32,000 nucleotides of DNA from the NCBI RefSeq assembly GCF_000172995.2, contig NC_014729.1, forward strand, positions 2,730,001-2,762,000, given 5' to 3'. The notes beneath the pieces were generated by a model. It made no database searches. It was not told the origin of the DNA and saw only the letters and a program-made list of their open reading frames with translations. Positions 26,465 to 32,000 of the stretch are shown in pieces (position 1 is the first letter of the stretch; each line of letters opens with the position of its first letter). The translations under genes were made by a program, and so were the position numbers. Source of the DNA: Halogeometricum borinquense DSM 11551 (GTDB lineage Archaea > Halobacteriota > Halobacteria > Halobacteriales > Haloferacaceae).

Positions 26465-28345
26465 GTGTCCAGTGAGGTCGTGGTAGCGATAACACCGAGT
26501 ATCGTCGTCGTCTTCGCGATCATCCTTCTCGCACTGGTGTTCTTCGCCACTGAGCCGGTGCCCGTGGATATCACCGCACTCGGCGTGATGGTGACGCTGA
26601 TGCTCGTACAACCGGCCTCTGAGTGGCTGGTCTCTGCGAACCTGCTCGCAGAGCCGATCATGTTGTTCGATCCCTACCCCAGACAAGCACTCTCGGGATT
26701 CGCCAGCACAGCGACGCTGACGGTGCTGGCGATGTTTATCCTGAGCGAAGGTGTCCAACGAACCGGTGTTGTTCAGTTACTCGGCGCGAAGATCTCGTCG
26801 TTCACCGGTAACAGCGAGAGCCGCCAACTGGGTGCGACGATCGGCGTGGTCGCCCCCATCTCGGGCTTCATCAACAACACCGCTGCCGTCGCCATCCTCC
26901 TGCCGATGGTTTCCGACTTGGCCGAACGCGGTGGTACCTCACCGTCGAAGCTCCTCTTACCGCTCTCGTACGCGTCGATGTTCGGCGGGACGCTCACGCT
27001 CATCGGCACCTCGACGAACATCCTCGCGTCGGACCTCTCGGGCCGCCTCATCAATCGGCCGTTCACGATGTTCGAGTTCACCGAACTCGGTCTCATCGTG
27101 AGCGTCGTCGGGACGGTGTACCTGCTCACGGTCGGTCGGTGGCTCACACCCGAACGCATCAAACCCAGGCGTGACCTGACCGAGGAGTTCGAGATGAGCG
27201 ACTACCTGACGGAAGTCACGGTTCGTTCGGATTCACCCCTCATCGGGCAACGAGTCCAGCGCGCGCTCGTGGAGACGGAGTTCGACGTAGACCTCATCCA
27301 ACTCATCCGGGACGGGCAGGTGTTCTTGGAACCGCTCGGTCCGAAGGAGATACAGGCAGGTGACGTGTTCGCGCTCAGAACCGATCGGGATACATTGGTC
27401 GAACTCCTCGACGTGGAAGGGTTGGACATCGTCCCAAACGTTACCGTTGACGAGGCGGAACTCGAAGCGGGCGAGGCCGGACAGAACCTCGTCGAAATCG
27501 TCGTCGCACCGGGGTCGTCGCTCATCGGCGAGTCGTTGGCGTCAGCGAGTTTCCGACAGCGCTACAATGCAACAGTGCTCGCACTTCGGCGCGGGGAAGA
27601 ACTCATTCGCCGCCGGATGGACAACATCTCGCTCCGTGTTGGTGACACGCTTCTCATACAGGGTGCAACAGACAGCATCGAACGCCTCGACAACAACCGG
27701 GACTTCATCGTCGCCCAAGAGATCGAGCGTCACGACTACCGCGAGGAGAAGATCCCAGTCGCCCTCGGTATCGTTCTCCTCGTCGTCGCTCTCGCGGCCC
27801 TGAACATTGTGCCTATCGTCGTCTCCGCGCTCGCTGGAGCGTTGGCAATGGTGGTAACGAAGTGTCTCCGTCCGCCCGAACTGTACGACGCCGTCCAGTG
27901 GGACGTTATTTTCCTCCTTGCTGGTGTCATCCCACTCGGTATCGCCATGGAAAACTCGGCGGCCGCGGCGCTCCTCGCGGAGTTCGTCGTGATGACCGGG
28001 GATTTCCTCTCACTCGTCGGCGTCCTCGCGGTGTTCTATCTCGTTACCGCCCTGCTGACGAACGTCATCTCGAACAACGCCAGCGTCGTCCTGATGATTC
28101 CCGTGGCAGTGGACACAGCAGAGACACTGGGTGCGAACACGTTCGCATTCATTCTCGCCGTCACGTTCGCCGCCTCAACGGCGTTCATGACGCCCGTTGG
28201 GTACCAGACAAATCTGTTCGTCTACGGTCCCGGCGGCTACCGCTTTACGGACTATCTTCGCGTCGGTGCACCCCTTCAACTGCTGTTTGCAGCAGTCACC
28301 ACAGTCGGTATCGCCGCGTTATGGGGTGTCACTCCTCCCGCGTGA
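26465..28345 (+). CDS. SLC13/DASS-family permease with two internal TrkA-C (RCK_C) domains
   Basis: GTG start. The hydrophobic N- and C-terminal halves contain SNNASVVLMIP-type hairpin motifs. Two central soluble repeats are present (LTEVTVRSDSPLIGQRV... and LVEIVVAPGSSLIGESL...). Confidence 0.9.
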   Translation: MSSEVVVAITPSIVVVFAIILLALVFFATEPVPVDITALGVMVTLMLVQPASEWLVSANLLAEPIMLFDPYPRQALSGFASTATLTVLAMFILSEGVQRTGVVQLLGAKISSFTGNSESRQLGATIGVVAPISGFINNTAAVAILLPMVSDLAERGGTSPSKLLLPLSYASMFGGTLTLIGTSTNILASDLSGRLINRPFTMFEFTELGLIVSVVGTVYLLTVGRWLTPERIKPRRDLTEEFEMSDYLTEVTVRSDSPLIGQRVQRALVETEFDVDLIQLIRDGQVFLEPLGPKEIQAGDVFALRTDRDTLVELLDVEGLDIVPNVTVDEAELEAGEAGQNLVEIVVAPGSSLIGESLASASFRQRYNATVLALRRGEELIRRRMDNISLRVGDTLLIQGATDSIERLDNNRDFIVAQEIERHDYREEKIPVALGIVLLVVALAALNIVPIVVSALAGALAMVVTKCLRPPELYDAVQWDVIFLLAGVIPLGIAMENSAAAALLAEFVVMTGDFLSLVGVLAVFYLVTALLTNVISNNASVVLMIPVAVDTAETLGANTFAFILAVTFAASTAFMTPVGYQTNLFVYGPGGYRFTDYLRVGAPLQLLFAAVTTVGIAALWGVTPPA

Positions 28346-28392
28346 CCGTCGAACGAAACGCTTTACCGGTACACGCACGGACAGGTAGACGC

Positions 28393-28465
28393 GGGACCGT
28401 GGGTTAGCCTGGTATACTTCGGGCCTTGGGTGCCCGTGACCCCGGTTCAAATCCGGGCGGTCCCA
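28393..28465 (+). tRNA. tRNA-Pro (anticodon TGG)
   Basis: Folded by hand. Acceptor GGGACCG/CGGTCCC plus discriminator A, anticodon arm CGGGC-CTTGGGT-GCCCG, and T arm CCCGG-TTCAAAT-CCGGG. Confidence 0.9.
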
Positions 28466-28470
28466 TCGAG

Positions 28471-28479
28471 TATATAAAA
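28471..28479 (+). promoter_or_regulatory. TATA-like box (tatataaaa) upstream of the three-gene operon
   Basis: It lies 6 nt after the tRNA-Pro end and about 45 nt upstream of GTG 28524. An 8-bp-stem hairpin (aaagaacc-N13-ggttcttt, 28477-28505) lies in between. Confidence 0.3.
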
Positions 28480-28523
28480 GAACCAGCGTATTCTGCCGGT
28501 TCTTTCTCACCCTCTCAGCGGAG

Positions 28524-29000
28524 GTGCTGCGCGTGAGCCTCGCGCCATCCAAGCGCGGGGGAAACGCCGCTGAATCCGCCGTTCACCAACTTGTTGACGG
28601 CCTCCGATACGTTCCGGACTCGGAAGCCGAACACTACGACGCCGAAGTTGTCGAACTCCTTTCACCGAGTGCTGACCTTCCGTTCGTCGGCATCTGTCTC
28701 CTCGAGGTCGGCGTCGCTGTCGAAATCAAGAGCGCCATGGCCGTCTACGGCCAAGCCCAGCGCCGCGGCCGCTTCCTCATCCGCCAATCCCAACACGAGC
28801 ACCTGCTCGACGTCGGTGGCGTCTATCTCTTCGCCGTCTGCGAGCCCACGCCAGCGCGCGACGTCATCTCGATGAAGGTCGTTCCCGCGAGCCTCGTCGA
28901 TGAACTCGAGTTCTCGTGGGTCGGCCGCGACACCCGCGCACCGTACGCGCAGTTCGCCTGGAGTCGCATCTTTGTCCCCGAGGAGGTCGAAGAGCGATGA
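28524..29000 (+). CDS. PD-(D/E)xK-like nuclease-fold protein (Hjc/restriction-endonuclease-like), hypothetical
   Basis: GTG start. SKRGGNAAESAVHQLV (G...E helix), then SADLPFVG (Asp), then VAVEIKS (E-x-K), then RFLIRQSQHEHL. The order and spacing fit the PD-(D/E)xK core. The assignment rests on motifs only. Confidence 0.55.
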   Translation: MLRVSLAPSKRGGNAAESAVHQLVDGLRYVPDSEAEHYDAEVVELLSPSADLPFVGICLLEVGVAVEIKSAMAVYGQAQRRGRFLIRQSQHEHLLDVGGVYLFAVCEPTPARDVISMKVVPASLVDELEFSWVGRDTRAPYAQFAWSRIFVPEEVEER

Positions 29001-29557
29001 TACGCGAGACCTACTTCTCCGCCCTCTCGAACCGAGACATCGTTCCCGGAGACAGTGCGAAGGTCTTCGCGGTCGTCTCAGATCTTCCCGAGTGGGCCGA
29101 GGAACTCGTTGATCGCAATATCCCCGCTCTCGCGCCGCCCGAGGACCTCCTCGAGGCCCGCTCGCGTATCGAAGACGCCGCCAAGCAGAACGACGAGGAC
29201 GATCCCGAGGCTGTCGCGTGGCGCTCTGTCGATTTCGAGGAGCGCTACCGCGCCCACGTCACGTCCGGTGGACGACACCAAGTCCTCGATTCCCTCGCTG
29301 AAACCGTCGAACAGCGAACAGTGTGGCTCGTCTCTTGGCGCGCACGCGCCAGTCTCGACCATCGGTCTATCGTCTTGGAAGAACTCCAACATCGGGCCGA
29401 TCTCGGACCATGTCCACCCCGTGATCACGAATGGGGCCGTGGCGTCGTTCCGACCGTCGTCGTCTGCCAACGCTGCGGCTACGGTTCGACGAGTCTCTCT
29501 ACCGGGCAGCTCGCCCAAGAGAATCTGAAACCGTACCTCGGAGGTGACGGACAGTGA
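28997..29557 (+). CDS. DUF488-like protein with a C-terminal Cys/His knuckle, hypothetical
   Basis: The ATG overlaps the upstream stop (ATGA). LAPPEDLLEAR...VDFEERYRAHV...VLDSLAETVEQRTVWLVS...DHRSIVLEEL resembles the DUF488 pattern (LAPS.eL...w.eF...Y..el...L..L...tLlC...ChR..la..L) with the usual Cys replaced. The tail is CPPRDH-x14-CQRC. Confidence 0.45.
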   Translation: MIRETYFSALSNRDIVPGDSAKVFAVVSDLPEWAEELVDRNIPALAPPEDLLEARSRIEDAAKQNDEDDPEAVAWRSVDFEERYRAHVTSGGRHQVLDSLAETVEQRTVWLVSWRARASLDHRSIVLEELQHRADLGPCPPRDHEWGRGVVPTVVVCQRCGYGSTSLSTGQLAQENLKPYLGGDGQ

Positions 29558-31689
29558 CCGAGGATGTCGATCCGTTCGACGCCCTCGAGGAGGCCGAAGC
29601 CGTCACCTCCGACGACCAAGACCCTGTCACCAACACCGTCGAGAACACGAAAGCCGACCGACTACGCGCGAGTGCCGGCACCGACGGTGCCGACCTCGAG
29701 TCCGATACCGACGGACGATCCAAAGACCCGCTCTCGAAGTTCGTCGCCGAGTGTCGATGGTGCCGCGTCGGATTCGAGAGCAAAGAAGCCGCGCACGCAC
29801 ACGAGGACTGCTCGAAAGAACCCGTCTCAGTCTGTCGCTTCTGTGGTGAAGAACACACTCCGCGCGATGATCCGGAAGACCACCTCTACGGGTGCGACGA
29901 ATACCAGCGCTACCGAGAGAAGCAGATTCGGAACTCGCGGGCCGGAACGATGCGTGGCGGTGACGGGCTCGGTATCCGCCAGTTCATCGACGGACAACCG
30001 CACGAGTTCTCCGCGTACCTCAAGTACGACAACGCGCTGAGTACGTACTTCGGTCTCGTCTCCCTGTACAAAATGCACGATTTCGAGGAGTACGGCCAAC
30101 TTCGCGCTGGCCTCGAATTCGACGACAAGGACTGGAACCTCGAATTCGGCTACAAATCGTGCGGCCTCGCACCACCGGACGACGATACTGACCTCGGGCG
30201 ATGGGACTGGCGTCTCGACGATCCGCTCGAATTCCGGATCTACGTCTACCCCAGCGCGTACGATAGTTACCAAGACGCGAAAGACGAGAACCGCCAACGC
30301 GTCTACTACCGCGTCTCTCCCCGGTGGTCCGACATGGAGTCGGTAAACGGGAAGTCATTCTCGAACCCGCACGATCTCCTGGGCGTAGACATCGAAGTTG
30401 ATGGAAGCTACTTCGAGTTCGATCAGTACGCCGACGTCCTCTACCAAGCACTCGACGTCCTTCGAGATCGGCAACAAGAGTTCGGATGGAATTCCTACAC
30501 TGCTATCGACGCAGACGCGTGCCATCCCGAGGAGACTCACGAGTCCTCGAACGTCATCGACGCGGAGTACTACGTGCGCGTGAAGAAAGAACTCACCGGG
30601 AAGGTCTACGCGTTCGACGGGACGCTTCACCGTATTTCGATGCTTCTCGGCCGCGAGCGCAGCGGCTACTCGAAGACAGTCCGTGACGACCGGAAGTGCG
30701 AAGGGCACTATCACACGGCCACAATAGGCGCGATGCGCGCGGCCGCGTTGGTCGGCGGTCACGAACTCCCGAAGGAGTTCAAGCACTACCACGTCAAGGA
30801 ACCCGACGCTGTCGAAGGAACGGTTCTCGAGAACCCGAAAATGGGCGTGTCCTTCCAGCACGGCCTCTATGATGACACGCTGTACTGGGACGATCTCGAC
30901 CGGCTGAAGCGAGAACTTGACGAGGGACTGTTGAACCTGCTTCAGTGGTCAGACCTGCCGATTACTCCGGACCACCAAGTGTTCGTGGCGGATGATTACT
31001 TCGCCGTAGAGGGCAGTCGGCGGTTCCGGAAGGTGATCGATGATCCGCTTCCGCGGATTGCTCAGCAGCAGGACGAAGAAGTGCGGCGCTTCGCTGTCGC
31101 TGGGAATCTCACGGAGACCGACGTCAACCTCGTTGATGAACTCCTGACTGACGGGGGGCACATCTCGCCTGCCGATCTCGCCGAACGGATCGGCGTCCAC
31201 ATCAACACCTGCTACAAGTCGCTGAAGCGACTGGGGAACATCGTCCAGCATGATTACGGGTCGGTCGAACTCGCCTCGAAGCACATCGCGCAGGGAGTCG
31301 TCGAACATATCGACTCCGCGCGGTCTGTCGTCGAGAACACGCTCGAGGAAGCGGCCGACGATCTCGTGCGTGCAGAGACGTTCGGTGACGATGATCCGTG
31401 GAGCCGGTGGCTCGATCACTACGTCGAAGACGTTGAAGAGGGAGCGGGAAGCGGGAACCGCGACGTTCTGGAGTTCGGGTGGAAGCCGAGTGACCGACAC
31501 GACGCGAAGCGACTCATCCGCGCGGGCGCGATGAAGTGGGCGGAAGTCGCGGGTGAGGATATGCCGCGATTTGCGAGGGAGTTTGAGGTTGAAATGACGC
31601 TCGCGGATAACTCACGGTTCAACCTCGACTGGAGAGCCTTGAAGAAACTCCTGCCACGGAACTACTCGCTGACGCCGTCGCACGGCTGA
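29554..31689 (+). CDS. Large (711 aa) acidic protein with two N-terminal zinc-finger-like motifs, a central domain of unknown function and a C-terminal wHTH; possible replication/recombination or defence effector protein
   Basis: The GTG overlaps the upstream stop (GTGA). The zinc-finger-like motifs are CRWC-x11-HAH and CRFC-x13-H-x3-C (29752-29895). The wHTH is ETDVNLVDELLTDGGHISPADLAERIGVHINTCYKSLKRLGNIVQHDYGSVEL (about 31111-31278). No Walker A motif is seen. Confidence 0.7.
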   Translation: MTEDVDPFDALEEAEAVTSDDQDPVTNTVENTKADRLRASAGTDGADLESDTDGRSKDPLSKFVAECRWCRVGFESKEAAHAHEDCSKEPVSVCRFCGEEHTPRDDPEDHLYGCDEYQRYREKQIRNSRAGTMRGGDGLGIRQFIDGQPHEFSAYLKYDNALSTYFGLVSLYKMHDFEEYGQLRAGLEFDDKDWNLEFGYKSCGLAPPDDDTDLGRWDWRLDDPLEFRIYVYPSAYDSYQDAKDENRQRVYYRVSPRWSDMESVNGKSFSNPHDLLGVDIEVDGSYFEFDQYADVLYQALDVLRDRQQEFGWNSYTAIDADACHPEETHESSNVIDAEYYVRVKKELTGKVYAFDGTLHRISMLLGRERSGYSKTVRDDRKCEGHYHTATIGAMRAAALVGGHELPKEFKHYHVKEPDAVEGTVLENPKMGVSFQHGLYDDTLYWDDLDRLKRELDEGLLNLLQWSDLPITPDHQVFVADDYFAVEGSRRFRKVIDDPLPRIAQQQDEEVRRFAVAGNLTETDVNLVDELLTDGGHISPADLAERIGVHINTCYKSLKRLGNIVQHDYGSVELASKHIAQGVVEHIDSARSVVENTLEEAADDLVRAETFGDDDPWSRWLDHYVEDVEEGAGSGNRDVLEFGWKPSDRHDAKRLIRAGAMKWAEVAGEDMPRFAREFEVEMTLADNSRFNLDWRALKKLLPRNYSLTPSHG

Positions 31690-31859
31690 GGCGGGGCCTC
31701 GTGAGTGGCAACACTATTCGTCGCCTGTTTTTGCGGTAATCATTTCTGCTTTTCTGCCGGTTCTGGTACTTGGCTGGAGGTTCTTGATCGGCATCGTCAT
31801 CGAGGCCGACGAGCGACTGCCTTCGAAACTGGCGGGGGTACCCCACTTGTCCGTTAGGG

Positions 31860-31879
31860 GTGTCGGTAAAGACCGACAC
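31860..31879. other. Perfect 8-bp-stem hairpin (gtgtcggt-aaag-accgacac)
   Basis: Read directly from the sequence. Nearby are the 10-bp palindrome ggggtacccc (31835-31844) and a second 8-bp-stem hairpin gccgcgcc-tactc-ggcgcggc (31941-31961). Confidence 0.5.
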
Positions 31880-32000
31880 GGACAGATTACCTCAGCCTTC
31901 GCTTCGCTCAGGCTTCAGATGAAACAGACGAAGCATGGTCGCCGCGCCTACTCGGCGCGGCTTGGCGCGTATTAGATGTAGTGTGAGCCGCCGTTTCCTT

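Larger units (their letters stand above)
28466..31764 (+). mobile_element. Candidate tRNA-Pro-adjacent inserted cassette (three coupled genes) bounded by a 13-bp direct repeat; it may be only the left part of a larger element running past the window end
   Basis: It abuts a tRNA 3' end. TTCTGCCGGTTCT occurs at 28491-28503 and 31752-31764. The gene content has no housekeeping counterpart, and no integrase is seen inside the window. Confidence 0.3.

Noticed and set aside
28476-28506. The hairpin aaagaacc-N13-ggttcttt after tRNA-Pro read as a simple tRNA terminator
   Set aside because: Not fully rejected. Archaeal termination mainly uses T-runs. The 3' arm of this hairpin is also the left copy of the 13-bp repeat found again after the cassette, so I treat it as part of the cassette-boundary finding.
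31619-31975. Small ORFs at the right end (31619..31879 minus, 31784..31975 plus), and a possible minus-strand gene ending with TAA at 31972-31974
   Set aside because: The first two are basic, start at GTG/TTG, and overlap the 711-aa gene or the palindrome cluster. The third contributes only 9 codons inside the window, which is too little to support a call.

Overview
The window looks like chromosomal DNA from a haloarchaeon (class Halobacteria). It is GC-rich, the predicted proteins are strongly acidic, genes are tightly packed, and long Arg/Ser/Pro-rich antisense shadow ORFs are common. Note that the ORF track prints M for GTG and TTG starts, so I re-derived several starts. I support about 36 protein genes, one decayed gene and two tRNAs. 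Most are housekeeping: the start of the A-type ATP synthase operon (atpH, plus atpI running off the left edge), etfBA, a polyprenyl synthase, an rpa3-rpap3-like ssDNA-binding pair, an ASH-Ski2-type helicase, an S2P protease and an SLC13 permease. From memory the gene order resembles the atp-to-rpa3 region of Haloferax-type genomes; this is inference only.

Observations worth a second look:
1. A family of 64-67 nt elements sits directly after stop codons and is bracketed by a direct duplication of the last 27-30 nt of the host gene. It occurs after etfA, amplified as a perfect 97-bp x3 tandem plus a diverged partial copy, and after a radical-SAM gene.
2. A translationally coupled three-gene operon lies immediately downstream of tRNA-Pro: a PD-(D/E)xK-like nuclease, a DUF488-like protein, and a 711-aa zinc-finger/wHTH protein. 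It is bracketed by a 13-bp direct repeat, with several palindromes to its right. It is a candidate integrated element or defence-like module.
3. A phased array of TTC-N2-3-GAAC motifs with exact 20-bp spacing lies in a divergent promoter.
4. A lower-GC islet carries two orphan response regulators.
5. A methyltransferase gene has decayed, with a palindrome at the break.
6. An inverted T-arm-like fragment lies downstream of tRNA-His.

I saw no CRISPR array, rRNA or transposase.
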